Assembly: GCF_007845645.1 (NCBI RefSeq)
Contig: NZ_VCQV01000002.1
Span: 111,702-175,701, forward strand
Source of the DNA: Leekyejoonella antrihumi
GTDB lineage: Bacteria; Actinomycetota; Actinomycetes; Actinomycetales; Dermatophilaceae
Reading direction: 5' to 3'
Length of the DNA stretch: 64,000 nt
Part shown: positions 1 through 9,376 of the stretch, piece after piece
Numbering within the stretch: position 1 is the stretch's first letter
How the letters are laid out: each line of letters starts with the position of its first letter
Notes under the pieces: model-generated
Seen by the model: the letters and a program-made list of their open reading frames with translations, nothing else
Told to the model about the DNA's origin: nothing
Databases searched by the model: none
Program-made: the position numbers and the translations under genes

Positions 1-618
1 GATGACCAGGCTGATCACGCTGAGGATGGCTACCGCAATGAATCCCCAGCGCCAACTGGCATATTGGTCGCTGCCGAAGGACATCTTGGCGACCAGGCCG
101 CCGAGCACCGGCGAGACGGCTCCACCGGTCGACAGCGCGGCAGCCCAGATGGTCAGGGCCCGTGCCCGCTCATGCGCTCCATGCGTGCCGGCCGCGACCA
201 TGGCGAGCGTGGTCGGAAACAGTGCGGCCGCGCCGATGCCCGCGATGATCTGCCCGCTGAGAAGCACGAGGACGCGGGTCTGCGTCGATGCGCTCGCGCC
301 GGGAGTGAGCACACAGACGATCGATCCGATGGTGAGCAGAGCGGCACCGCCGACCAGCAGACGCTTGCGCCCGAACAGGTCGCCGATGACTCCGGAGGTC
401 AGCTCGAGGAGGGTCACCGGGACGAGGAACGCGTCCGAGATCCAGGTGAGCTGGGAGGAGCTGGTGTGCAGGTCTTGCTGGAAGAGACCGTTGAAGACGG
501 CCGGGATGGCCAGCGCCACCTGGGCGAGGCCGACAGCGACGGCGGCGGCCAGCAGGGTGCCTCCGGTCAGGCCTTGCCGCGTCGTGGACGCCGTGGATGC
601 GCCAGTTGTCTGTGTCAT
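1..618 (-). CDS. MFS transporter, N-terminal portion (C-terminus runs off the window edge)
   Basis: Minus-strand translation from the ATG at 616-618 gives MTQTTGASTASTTRQGLTGGTLLAAAVAVGLAQV... and DLFGRKRLLVGGAALLTIGS, with several TM helices and an MFS-like loop motif. The gene is absent from the ORF track because it is open at the edge. GC3 is high. Confidence 0.7.
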   Translation of the reverse strand, partial: MTQTTGASTASTTRQGLTGGTLLAAAVAVGLAQVALAIPAVFNGLFQQDLHTSSSQLTWISDAFLVPVTLLELTSGVIGDLFGRKRLLVGGAALLTIGSIVCVLTPGASASTQTRVLVLLSGQIIAGIGAAALFPTTLAMVAAGTHGAHERARALTIWAAALSTGGAVSPVLGGLVAKMSFGSDQYASWRWGFIAVAILSVISLVI

Positions 619-789
619 GAGTAGGGTCTCCGGTGATCATCAGGAATCCTGAGGGTTTTGACGTTGCTACTCTGCCACTTCTGGTGGCTCGATGTACAGG
701 AATTCTGACAATCAAGTTTGGATTTCGTGGGGTCCGTAGTCAGGGGTTCGAGCCGCCGATCGCCGCGTCCGTAGAGCAGATGGTGAAGA

Positions 790-2211
790 ATGTCCGGTGT
801 GAGTGACTCAGCGACGAGGCTTCTGACCGGCCTGACCGATGCGACTGCAGATCGGCCCGACGCCGTCCGAGTCGGAGACGACGCCCTGTCCCGGGAGCGA
901 CTGCTAGGCGCCGCGACCGCCGTGGCGGACCGGATCGCTGGTGCGCCCGCTGTCGCCGTCGATGCGCAGCCCAGGATCGAGACCGTCGTCGGCGCCGTCG
1001 GCTGCCTGCTCGCCGGTGTCCCGCTGGTGCCCGTGCCGGCCGACGCCGGCCCGGTCGAGCGCCGTCACATCGTGCACGACTCCGGGGCGGCCCTGTGGCT
1101 GGGCGATCCCAGGGACGAGGTCGACCTGCCCACGGCCCCGGTCGACGCGCACGCCGCCTCCGGCACGGCATACCGCGAGCCGCCGGCCGACGCGACGGCG
1201 CTGATCATGTACACCTCCGGGACCACCGGCCCGCCCAAGGGCGTCGTGCTGTCCCGCAGCGCCGTTGCGGCGGACCTGGACGGACTGGCGGCCGCCTGGG
1301 ACTGGACGCCGGACGACGTGCTGGTGCACGGTCTGCCGCTCTTTCACGTGCACGGTCTGGTGCTCGGCGTATTCGGTGCGCTGCGGGTCGGCTCGCGGCT
1401 GCGGCATACGGTGCGGCCCAAGCCCGAGGCGTATGCCGCGGCCGCCGGGTCGCTCTACTTCGGTGTGCCGACGGTGTGGTCCCGCGTCTGCAACGACGCG
1501 GACAGTGCTCGGGCCCTGCGCAGCGCTCGCCTTCTGGTGTCCGGCAGTGCGCCCCTGCCCGTCCCGGTCTTCGACCGGCTGGCCGAGCTGGCGGGGCAGG
1601 CGCCGGTGGAGCGGTATGGCATGAGCGAAACGCTGATCACCATCAGCACCCGTCACGACGGTGAGCGGCGCCCGGGCTGGGTCGGCCTGGCGTTGCCGGG
1701 CGTTGAGACGCGGCTGCGCGGCGAGGGCGGCGCCCTTGCCCCGCACGACGGGCAGACGATCGGGCAGCTGGAGGTCGCTGGAACCACGCTCTTCGACGAA
1801 TACCTGCACAACCCGGGCAAGACCGCCGAGTCGATCACCGACGACGGGTGGTTCCGCACCGGTGACGTCGCCGTCATCGATCCCGGCGGTTTCCATCGGA
1901 TTGTGGGTCGGGAGTCGGTCGACCTGATCAAGTCCGGCGGCTACCGCATCGGTGCGGGCGAGGTCGAGCAGGCGCTGCTCGGCCACCCGCAGGTGCGGGA
2001 AGCCGCAGTGGTCGGTCTGCCCGACGCCGACCTGGGTCAGCGGGTGGTCGCGTTCGTCGTCGGGGAGGTGACCTCGCCGGAGGCGGTGATGGACTTCGTC
2101 GCCCAATCGCTGTCGGTGCACAAGCGGCCGCGCGAGGTGCGGGTCATCGACCAGCTGCCGCTGAATGCGATGGGCAAGGTCCAGAAGAAGCAGCTGATGG
2201 AGCTCGGCTGA
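790..2211 (+). CDS. AMP-dependent synthetase/ligase (acyl-CoA synthetase, ANL superfamily)
   Basis: AMP-binding motif YTSGTTGPPKGV; C-terminal GWFRTGD...IKSGGYRI...K motif; 473 aa. Confidence 0.85.
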   Translation: MSGVSDSATRLLTGLTDATADRPDAVRVGDDALSRERLLGAATAVADRIAGAPAVAVDAQPRIETVVGAVGCLLAGVPLVPVPADAGPVERRHIVHDSGAALWLGDPRDEVDLPTAPVDAHAASGTAYREPPADATALIMYTSGTTGPPKGVVLSRSAVAADLDGLAAAWDWTPDDVLVHGLPLFHVHGLVLGVFGALRVGSRLRHTVRPKPEAYAAAAGSLYFGVPTVWSRVCNDADSARALRSARLLVSGSAPLPVPVFDRLAELAGQAPVERYGMSETLITISTRHDGERRPGWVGLALPGVETRLRGEGGALAPHDGQTIGQLEVAGTTLFDEYLHNPGKTAESITDDGWFRTGDVAVIDPGGFHRIVGRESVDLIKSGGYRIGAGEVEQALLGHPQVREAAVVGLPDADLGQRVVAFVVGEVTSPEAVMDFVAQSLSVHKRPREVRVIDQLPLNAMGKVQKKQLMELG

Positions 2212-2297
2212 GCCGCACGGCGGCGCGCGAGCCCTGGGCGTCTCGCGATGTGCACATGCTTATGCAATGACTAACCATGAGTTATATATTGGTCGCC

Positions 2298-2783
2298 ATG
2301 AAGAACCTGATCGGCTTCCCCAACCCCGTCAACGAGAAGGCGGCCCGGACCGTGGCCGCCGTCGTGGCGGTCATCGCGGTGGTCATTCTCGCGACGGGAT
2401 GGCTGTGGCTGCTCGTGCCGCTGGCCTACGGGTTCATCGCCCGCGCGATCACCGGCCCGCGGCTCAGCCCGCTCGGCGCCGTGGCCATGCGAGTGATCGG
2501 GCCTCGCCTCGGCAGCCCCAGGCTGGTCGCGGGTCCGCCCAAGCGCTTTGCGCAGGCGATCGGCGCGGCCTTGACCACGGTCGCGGCGATCGGTGGCCTC
2601 GCGCTCGGTTGGACGACGGTCGCGCTGGTGCTGACCGGCGTGCTCGCCGTGTTTGCCGTGCTGGAGTCGGTGCTCGGGTTCTGTGCCGGCTGCTTCGCCT
2701 TCGGGCAGCTGATGCGGATTGGGGTCATCCCGGCGGAGGTCTGCGTCGAGTGCGCGAACATCCAGCTGCGCCAGGCCGCCTGA
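2298..2783 (+). CDS. small integral membrane protein (about 4 TM helices, C-terminal CxxC...CxxC)
   Basis: Hydrophobic segments VAAVVAVIAVVILATGWLWLLVPLAYGF and TVALVLTGVLAVFAVL; C-terminal CAGCFAFG...CVEC; Met at 2298 preferred over the ORF-track start. Confidence 0.5.
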   Translation: MKNLIGFPNPVNEKAARTVAAVVAVIAVVILATGWLWLLVPLAYGFIARAITGPRLSPLGAVAMRVIGPRLGSPRLVAGPPKRFAQAIGAALTTVAAIGGLALGWTTVALVLTGVLAVFAVLESVLGFCAGCFAFGQLMRIGVIPAEVCVECANIQLRQAA

Positions 2784-2873
2784 GCGCAGTCATCAGGCGG
2801 GTGCTCGGCGGGCACGGTGTCGTGACGTGGACCGGCCCTACCCACGGCATACCGATTATGGGACGCTGCAAGC

Positions 2874-4004
2874 GTGAATCTGCCTCATGACGACATCGAC
2901 CCCGACGGCCTGCTCGAGTACTCGGTGGTGTTCACCGACCGCTCCCTGAACCACATGTCGCAGCGGTTCGTGGGGGTGATGCAGGACATCATCGACATCC
3001 TGCGCACCACCTACCACGCCGACACCGTGGCGGTGGTGCCCGGCGGCGGCACGTATGCCATGGAGTCCGTTGCCCGGCAGCTCGCCACCGGCAAGCGTGC
3101 CCTGGTTGTGCGCAACGGCCTGTTCTCCTACCGTTGGTCGCAGATCTTCGAGACCGGTGGCATCACCGACGACGTCACGGTCTGCGCCGCACGGCCGGCG
3201 AGCGACGCGCACCAGGCGCCCTGGGCGCCCGCTCCGGTCGACGAGGTCGTCGCCGCGATCGGTGACAAGCGCGTCGAGATCGTCTTTGCGCCGCACGTCG
3301 AGACGGCGTCCGGCATCCTGTTGTCCGACGACTACATCCGCTCCGTGTCTGCCGCGGTGCACGAGGTCGGCGGTCTCTTCGTGCTCGACTGCGTCGCCTC
3401 CGGCGCCCTGTGGGCCGATATGAGCGACCTCGGCGTCGACGTGCTGATCACTGCCCCGCAGAAGGGTTGGAGCGGCACCCCGTGCGCCGGATACGTGATG
3501 CTGGGCGAGACCGGCCGCGAGGCCGTGCAGTCGAGCACTTCCACCAGCTTCTCGATCGACCTGAAGAAGTGGCTGTCGATCACCGAGTCCTACACCGAGG
3601 GGCAGACGCCGTATCACGCCACGATGCCCACCGACGGTCTCGCGCACAACGCCGCGCTGATGCGCGAGGCGCGCGAGGTCGGGCTCGACAAGCTGCGCGA
3701 CGCGCAGGTCGAGCTCGGCACCCGGGTGCGCGCCCTGCTCGCCGAGCACGGGCTGGCCTCGGTCGCGGCCGACGAGTGCGCGTCGCCGAGCGTGGTCGTC
3801 GTGCACACCGACAACCCGGATCTGAAGGGCGGTGCGGCGTTCAAGAAGGCCGGCGTGCAGGTGGCGGCCGGTGTGCCGCTGCACTGCGGTGAGCCGGACG
3901 ACTTCTCCAGCTTCCGCCTGGGGTTGTTCGGCCTGGACAAGCTCACCGATGTCGACGGCGCCGTCGAGCGGCTCGCCGATGCGCTCGAAAAGATCGACGT
4001 CTGA
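2874..4004 (+). CDS. class V PLP-dependent aminotransferase (AGXT/serine-pyruvate aminotransferase-like)
   Basis: 376 aa with class V fold features. The PLP-lysine context APQKGWSG is the one motif I read directly. Confidence 0.75.
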   Translation: MNLPHDDIDPDGLLEYSVVFTDRSLNHMSQRFVGVMQDIIDILRTTYHADTVAVVPGGGTYAMESVARQLATGKRALVVRNGLFSYRWSQIFETGGITDDVTVCAARPASDAHQAPWAPAPVDEVVAAIGDKRVEIVFAPHVETASGILLSDDYIRSVSAAVHEVGGLFVLDCVASGALWADMSDLGVDVLITAPQKGWSGTPCAGYVMLGETGREAVQSSTSTSFSIDLKKWLSITESYTEGQTPYHATMPTDGLAHNAALMREAREVGLDKLRDAQVELGTRVRALLAEHGLASVAADECASPSVVVVHTDNPDLKGGAAFKKAGVQVAAGVPLHCGEPDDFSSFRLGLFGLDKLTDVDGAVERLADALEKIDV

Positions 4005-4133
4005 TGGTCTGAAACGCCGATCGAGTAGCCCGCGTCGACTGCGGTTTGAACGCTGATCGAGTAGCCCGCGAGGCGTTGGCCGAGTGGGTGTATCGAGATC
4101 TGTTCGGGGTGGTGGCTGGCTTTGCGTTGTGGG

Positions 4134-4328
4134 TGGCCGGGTTTCGACGCGGGCTCGCGCTTTGCGCTCGCCCGGCTGAACCAGCGGTGGGGGTGTGATG
4201 GGCTGGTTTTGCGTTGTGGGTGGCCGGGTTTCGACGCGGGCTCGCGCTGGGCGCTCGCCCGGCTCAACCGGCGGTGGGGGTGTGGGCGCTGGGCGCTCGC
4301 CCGGCTCAACCAGCGGTGGGGGTGTGGA
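4134..4328. repeat. tandem repeat, ~86-bp unit x ~2.5 copies (MIRU/VNTR-like), preceded by a 25-bp imperfect direct repeat at 4033-4057 and 4070-4093
   Basis: Unit ggctggctttgcgttgtgggtggccgggtttcgacgcgggctcgcgctttgcgctcgcccggctgaaccagcggtgggggtgtgat repeats with a few substitutions, and a final partial copy ends just before the SDR stop codon. It lies between the convergent stops of 2874-4004 and 4332-5153. Confidence 0.8.
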
Positions 4329-4331
4329 GGT

Positions 4332-5153
4332 TCAGCGGTGCAGGCCGAACTGGCGGTTGACCACCTTCTCGAGGATGCCGCGCGGCACCAAGCGGCGCAG
4401 GGCGAACACGACCGGTGCGTTGCTGCCGACCGCATACAACGGCTTGGGCCGATCCGCGGTGATCGCATCGACGACGGTCGCCGCGACCTGGTCGGCGCCG
4501 ATTCCCGCGCGCTCCTTGCGGTCCAGTTCGCGGATGACGGTCGTGCACTCGTCCGCGTAGGGGGAGCCCTCGGCCAGGTACTTCGTGCGCCGCTCGCCGA
4601 TGCCGGTCGCGATCGAGCCGGGCTCCACGGTGGTGAGCCACACGCCGTACGGCGTTGCCTCGGGCCGGGCCGACATCGCGAACGCCTTGATCGCGGCCTT
4701 GGAGGCGCAGTAGGTCGAACGGTAGGCCACCGGAAAGCTGGCCAGCATCGAACCGACCATGACCACGCGACCATAGCCCCGATCCCGCATGCCGGGTAGA
4801 ACGAGCTGGGTCAGCCGGACCGCACCGAACACATTGAGCTGGAACAGCCGCTGGATGGCATCGGAGGGCACCTCCTCCAACGGCCCGGACTGACTCTCAC
4901 CCGCGTTGTTGACCAGCACGTCGACGGCACCCGCGGCCTCGACGCAGGCCGCGATCGAGGCATCGTCCGTCAGGTCGAGCGCAAGGTATTCAACTCCTGC
5001 CACCCGCGCATCATCCGGGATCGACTCCGGACGACGGCTGGTGCCCAGCACGCGAAAGCCGTCGGCCACGAGTCGTGCTGCGACGGCCTTGCCGATCCCC
5101 GAGGAGGCGCCGGTGACCAGCGCGGTCCTCATGCCGTCGTCGCTGCCGGTCAT
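4332..5153 (-). CDS. short-chain dehydrogenase/reductase (SDR) family oxidoreductase
   Basis: N-terminal TGASSGIGKAVA Rossmann motif, NNAG, catalytic YxxxK (YCASK). Confidence 0.85.
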   Translation of the reverse strand: MTGSDDGMRTALVTGASSGIGKAVAARLVADGFRVLGTSRRPESIPDDARVAGVEYLALDLTDDASIAACVEAAGAVDVLVNNAGESQSGPLEEVPSDAIQRLFQLNVFGAVRLTQLVLPGMRDRGYGRVVMVGSMLASFPVAYRSTYCASKAAIKAFAMSARPEATPYGVWLTTVEPGSIATGIGERRTKYLAEGSPYADECTTVIRELDRKERAGIGADQVAATVVDAITADRPKPLYAVGSNAPVVFALRRLVPRGILEKVVNRQFGLHR

Positions 5154-5362
5154 CAGGCGACCGGCTCGACGGCGATCGCGGCAGCGGCAGTGCGGCTGGA
5201 GAGTTGAAGCATGAGGGCCCCTGACGGCAGACGGATCACGAATACCTGGAAGTTACCATCTGGTAAGCAGGCGTAGGGGTTTCGGCGATCGGTGCCCGGC
5301 GAGCGCCCTCGGCCCGGCGGCGCAGGCGGCCGTTCGATGACCAGACCCGGTAGGATCGAGGC

Positions 5363-5899
5363 ATGTCACAGGGTCCGATGGGGTTCGGCAGAGCCCAGCA
5401 GAGTCAGCAGGGTCAGCACGGCCTGATCGGCGGACTGGCGTTGAAATATCCTCGCTCGCTCGGCGTCTTCGACGAGTATGCCGAGGCGCAGCGAGCGGTC
5501 GACTACCTGTCCGACAAGGAGTTTCCGGTCGAGAACTGCATGATCGTCGGCACCGACCTCAAACAGATCGAGCGGGTCCTGGGGCGCCTCACTTGGGGCC
5601 GGGTGCTGGGCGGCGGTGCGATCTCGGGCGCCTGGTTCGGGGCGTTCATCGGCCTGATCATGTCCCTGTTCACCAACGCCAACACGCTTGGCGTCATCGT
5701 CTCAACGGTCATCTTCGGCGCGGTCTTCGGCTTCGTCTGGGCCGCAATGGGCTACGGCATGACGCGCGGACGCCGCGACTTCCAGTCGGTCACCCAGGTG
5801 GTCGCCACCCGATACGAGGTGCTGACCGAGCACACCGTCGCCGAGCGGGCCCGCGAATTGCTCGAGCAGATGCCTGGAGCGGGCCCCACCCTCACCTGA
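5363..5899 (+). CDS. membrane protein with Gly-zipper TM segment (general-stress-protein-like)
   Basis: Gln-rich N-terminus, then GGGAISGAWFGAFIGLIMSLF and VIVSTVIFGAVFGFVWAAMGYG TM segments; conserved-looking actinobacterial hypothetical. Confidence 0.55.
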   Translation: MSQGPMGFGRAQQSQQGQHGLIGGLALKYPRSLGVFDEYAEAQRAVDYLSDKEFPVENCMIVGTDLKQIERVLGRLTWGRVLGGGAISGAWFGAFIGLIMSLFTNANTLGVIVSTVIFGAVFGFVWAAMGYGMTRGRRDFQSVTQVVATRYEVLTEHTVAERARELLEQMPGAGPTLT

Positions 5900-5962
5900 C
5901 CTTCACCTGGAGTTCATCCGGGCCTCACGCCACGCACACCTGGCAACGGCACGCTGCGATGC

Positions 5963-7336
5963 GTGACACCTGCACCGGACACCACCATCGCCTCTGGCCT
6001 CTCCCGCCGCCGACTCCTCTTCGGCGCCGGATTCGTCGCTGCGGTAGCCGCGTTGGGCACACCGGAGGCGGAGGCGGCCGAGCGCACCGCCTCAGCGGCC
6101 GCCAATGGGCGCGCCCCCCACGCGGATCCGCCGGTTGACGGCCTGCATCTGCAGTTCGGTGCCGATGCGGGGACCGAGATGGTCGTCAGCTGGCACACGC
6201 GGACACCGGTGCAGCGAGCGCGTGTCCTCCTCGGCGACACCCATGGACGGTTCGAGCGGACAGTCGGCGCGACCACTCGCAGCTATGTCGACGAGCAGTC
6301 GGGCACCCGGGTCTACACGCACCATGCGCACCTCACGCGGCTCCGCGCCCGCGCCGGATACCTCTATGCCGCAGTGCACGAGGGGGCGGCACCACAGTTC
6401 GGCGAGTTCCGCACCGGGCCGCATGGCCGGGCGCGCGTGACCTTCACCAGCTTCGGTGACCAGGGGACTCCGACCGTCGGCAAGCAGGCATCGCAGGGTG
6501 GTAAGGCGACGTGGGTGAACGACAACCTCGGGTCGCTCGCCGCAGGCGACACCACGGGCGGGGTGGAGCTCGTCGCGCCGATGTTCCACCTGTTCAACGG
6601 CGATCTCTGCTATGCGAACCTGTCCACTGATCGCGTCCGCACCTGGTGGGACTTCTGGGCGAACAGCACTCGCAGTGCTCGCAATCGACCTTGGATGCCG
6701 TCACCCGGCGACCACGAGAACGAGCTCGGCAACGGCACGATCGGATACGCCGCATACCAGGCCTATTTCAGTGTGCCGCCCTCTGCCGGACAGACCGCGC
6801 TCACTCGTGGGCTGTGGTATTCCTTCAAGATCGGTGGCGTTCGCGTGATCAGCATCGCCAACGGCGACATCTGCGACCGGGACGGCGGCGGCTCCGATGA
6901 GCGGGGATACTCCAAGGGTGCCCAGCACGCTTGGCTAGAGGCGCAGCTGCGCGCTGCTCGAGCCGATCACGGCATCGACTGGATCGTGGTGTGCATGCAC
7001 CAGGTCGCCATCAGCGCCGCCAGCGACTTCAACGGGGCCGACCTCGAGGAGCGGCAGGAGTGGATGCCGCTCCTCGATCGGTATGCCGTGGACCTGGTCA
7101 TCGGTGGTGGCACGTCGGCGCCGGCGTATGGTTTCGCGGCGTTCGAGGTCGACCCCGGCCGGCCGGGACACGACACCATCATGAGCGTCACCTATTACAA
7201 CGTGACCGAGGTCGGTGGTGGGCTCGAGGTGGCCGACACGTTCACGCTGCGTCGGCCGAGGTCCGACACTCGGAGCCGGCCTGACTCGCCGACCGGCGCG
7301 GAGCGGGGTGGTATGCCGTGCGGCCTGACAAGATGA
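5963..7336 (+). CDS. Tat-secreted purple-acid-phosphatase-like metallophosphoesterase with a degenerate motif V
   Basis: Twin-arginine signal SRRRLLFGAGFVAAVAALG; metallophosphoesterase motifs GDLCYA, GDHENE and VVCMHQ are present, but the expected GHVH motif is replaced by GGGTS. Confidence 0.7.
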   Translation: MTPAPDTTIASGLSRRRLLFGAGFVAAVAALGTPEAEAAERTASAAANGRAPHADPPVDGLHLQFGADAGTEMVVSWHTRTPVQRARVLLGDTHGRFERTVGATTRSYVDEQSGTRVYTHHAHLTRLRARAGYLYAAVHEGAAPQFGEFRTGPHGRARVTFTSFGDQGTPTVGKQASQGGKATWVNDNLGSLAAGDTTGGVELVAPMFHLFNGDLCYANLSTDRVRTWWDFWANSTRSARNRPWMPSPGDHENELGNGTIGYAAYQAYFSVPPSAGQTALTRGLWYSFKIGGVRVISIANGDICDRDGGGSDERGYSKGAQHAWLEAQLRAARADHGIDWIVVCMHQVAISAASDFNGADLEERQEWMPLLDRYAVDLVIGGGTSAPAYGFAAFEVDPGRPGHDTIMSVTYYNVTEVGGGLEVADTFTLRRPRSDTRSRPDSPTGAERGGMPCGLTR

Positions 7337-7339
7337 GGC

Positions 7340-8350
7340 ATGCGGTCCTACTGCGCGGTCTATGTGGATGCCGGATACCTGCTTGCCGCCGCGGCGACGC
7401 GGATCACCGGCACGTCGCTGCGCGGCGGGGTGACGGTAGATCACCGGGTGCTGATCGACGGCATCATCCAGCAGGTGGAGCGGGCCAGCGGCCTGCCGAT
7501 CCTGCGAGTCAACTGGTATGACTCGGCCACGCGCGGCATACCCAATGCCGAGCAGGATGCGATCGCGATGCTGCCCAAGGTCAAGGTACGCCTCGGTCGG
7601 CGCTCCTTCTCCGGTGAGCAGAAGGGGGTCGACCTGCGCATCGGCCTCGACCTGTCCACCCACGGTCGCGGTCGCGTCGTGGACGTCGCCTACCTGGTGT
7701 CCGGTGACGACGACCTGACCGAGGCGGTCGAGGAGGCACAGGGGCACGGCGTGCAGGTGATCGTGCTTGCGGTGCCCGGCGCCGACGGCCGCCCGCACGG
7801 GGTGGCCCAGCATCTGATGCGTGAGGCCGACGGGTTGGCGTTGATGGACACCGACGTCATTGAGCAGGCCGTGCACACCGCCCAGGTCGGGTCACGGCAG
7901 TCAGTGACCGAGCACAGCGAGACGGCCGCCGCCGCACCATCGCCCGCGGAGCTCGCCAACAGCCACGGCAGGCCGACGCCGCCTCGGCCGACGGCACCGG
8001 CGGCGAGCATCCCGCACGACGTCGGGACTGTGAGTGGTCCGCCGGCCAGCCTGGTCTACTCCACCCACACCGGGCAACCGAGCTGGACCGAGCCTGCCCA
8101 CCTCACGCCAGAGGCCAAGGCCCTCATCGACGAGGTATGCCGTGGCGTCGTGGCCACCTGGACGCGCACCGCCACGCCGGGGGAGCGGGAGCGGCTGCGC
8201 AAGGCACGCCCTGGCATACCCGGCGACCTGGACCGTGCGCTGCTGGTCGACATGTCCAACCGGCTGGGTGTGTATGACATCGACGAGGTCACTCGGCACG
8301 AGCTGCGGGCGCGCTTCTGGGAGCAGCTCGACATCGACCCGCAGACCTGA
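7340..8350 (+). CDS. NYN-domain (LabA-like) protein with C-terminal extension
   Basis: N-terminal AVYVDAGYL...VNWYD...KGVDLRIGLD...YLVSGDDDL pattern typical of NYN/LabA nuclease-fold proteins; Pro/Ala-rich linker; conserved C-terminal domain. Confidence 0.65.
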   Translation: MRSYCAVYVDAGYLLAAAATRITGTSLRGGVTVDHRVLIDGIIQQVERASGLPILRVNWYDSATRGIPNAEQDAIAMLPKVKVRLGRRSFSGEQKGVDLRIGLDLSTHGRGRVVDVAYLVSGDDDLTEAVEEAQGHGVQVIVLAVPGADGRPHGVAQHLMREADGLALMDTDVIEQAVHTAQVGSRQSVTEHSETAAAAPSPAELANSHGRPTPPRPTAPAASIPHDVGTVSGPPASLVYSTHTGQPSWTEPAHLTPEAKALIDEVCRGVVATWTRTATPGERERLRKARPGIPGDLDRALLVDMSNRLGVYDIDEVTRHELRARFWEQLDIDPQT

Positions 8351-8410
8351 GGATCTCGGGCTCCCCAGAGTCCACGGGTGGGCCGAGACAGGGTGTGGGA
8401 TGCTGCAGAG

Positions 8411-8743
8411 ATGGAGAAGTCATCGCTCACCGCACTCGCCCGCCAACAGTTGAAGCTTGCCGCCGAAGCCTCCAGCGGACGCAGCGCGACCACCGTCTAT
8501 GGCGGGCACGAGAAGGTGCTGCGCCAGACCATGATCGCGCTGGCCGTCGGCAATCGCCTCGAGGAGCACGACAACCCAGGGGAGGCCACGCTGCACGTGC
8601 TGGTCGGCCGGGTTCAGCTCACCTCCGGCGAGCACACGTGGGAGGGCTCTCCAGGGGACCTGCTGATCATTCCGCAGGCGCGGCACGCAGTGGAAGCGCT
8701 CGAGGACTCGGCCTTCCTGTTGACCGTCGCCAAGGTCGGCTGA
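8411..8743 (+). CDS. cupin-domain protein
   Basis: ~110 aa; HVLVGRVQLTSGEHTWEGSPGDLLIIP resembles a cupin beta-barrel motif; Met at 8411 preferred over the ORF-track start. Confidence 0.55.
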   Translation: MEKSSLTALARQQLKLAAEASSGRSATTVYGGHEKVLRQTMIALAVGNRLEEHDNPGEATLHVLVGRVQLTSGEHTWEGSPGDLLIIPQARHAVEALEDSAFLLTVAKVG

Positions 8744-8764
8744 GCGCGGTCCGGGCGGCACGGG

Positions 8765-9376
8765 TCAGAGGTTCGCGCACTGGCCCCACTTTCCGCATCC
8801 GGCGTGGTTGGTGGCGCACGGCGGGTCACCGGCGTCGCCGAACTGTGGCGCGGGAGTGTTGCCCCAGCAGACCAGGGCTCCGCGAATAGTGTTGGCCACG
8901 ATCTCGTTCGAGTCGGGACCTTGCGGGTCGAGCGGCTGGCCGTTGCTGCCCGAACTCGTGTTGGCCTTGACCCGCGAGTAGCTGACGGAGCCGCCGATCG
9001 TGTTGCGGAGCAGCCCTGCCCAGCACCCGGCCCAGCCGTCGATCACGACATTCCCGCCGATGGTGTTGTCCTTCATCGGTAGATCGTGCCCGAGGGGCGG
9101 GAAGCCCGTGTCCACACAGCCCACTGCGGGACCACCACCGAAGACCAGCACGTTGCGTCGCACGGTCGCGCCGTTCAGATAGACCGCGAGTGGTTTGTTG
9201 CCGATCACGCTGCCCGCGACCTGCTGGTCCGCCGCGTGCGTGCATCCGAACTCCGGTGTGCAACCGAGTGCGAGGATGGAGCCCCGCTCGGCATACCCGC
9301 TGCCCTGGATGTGCACCGTTGCCGTGGTGATGGCGTTGAGGACCGCGCGTGGAATGACCACCACGTTGCCCTGCAC
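8765..9376 (-). pseudogene. right-handed parallel beta-helix repeat protein, N-terminally truncated/frameshifted remnant
   Basis: Repeating N-x-I/V-x-G-N turns (NTIGGNVVIDG, NTIGGSVSY, NEIVANTIRG). There is no ATG start or signal peptide. The in-frame upstream sequence still reads beta-helix-like, then hits TGA TGA. An out-of-frame fragment MGTPGFTFANPVPPVGDG lies at 9446-9655. A ~350-bp ORF-free gap follows. Confidence 0.4.

Noticed and set aside
2-652. 216-aa + strand ORF at the window start
   Set aside because: It is antisense to a convincing MFS transporter reading frame. It is Arg/Ala/Pro-rich with no motifs, the typical shadow ORF of a high-GC genome.
904-2121. 405-aa minus-strand ORF
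   Set aside because: Fully antisense to the acyl-CoA synthetase gene (strong AMP-binding motifs on +). Arg/Gly/His/Pro-rich low-complexity composition.
2856-4774. 342-aa and 386-aa minus-strand ORFs
   Set aside because: Antisense to the class V aminotransferase and running through the tandem repeat; the Ser/Arg/Pro-rich translation is not protein-like.
4122-4799. 225-aa + ORF with repetitive peptide (RCGWPGFDAGSR...ALARLNQRWGC repeated)
   Set aside because: This is the tandem DNA repeat translated, then antisense of the SDR gene; not a gene.
6935-7876. 313-aa minus ORF
   Set aside because: Antisense to the phosphatase and NYN genes; His/Arg/Gly-rich.
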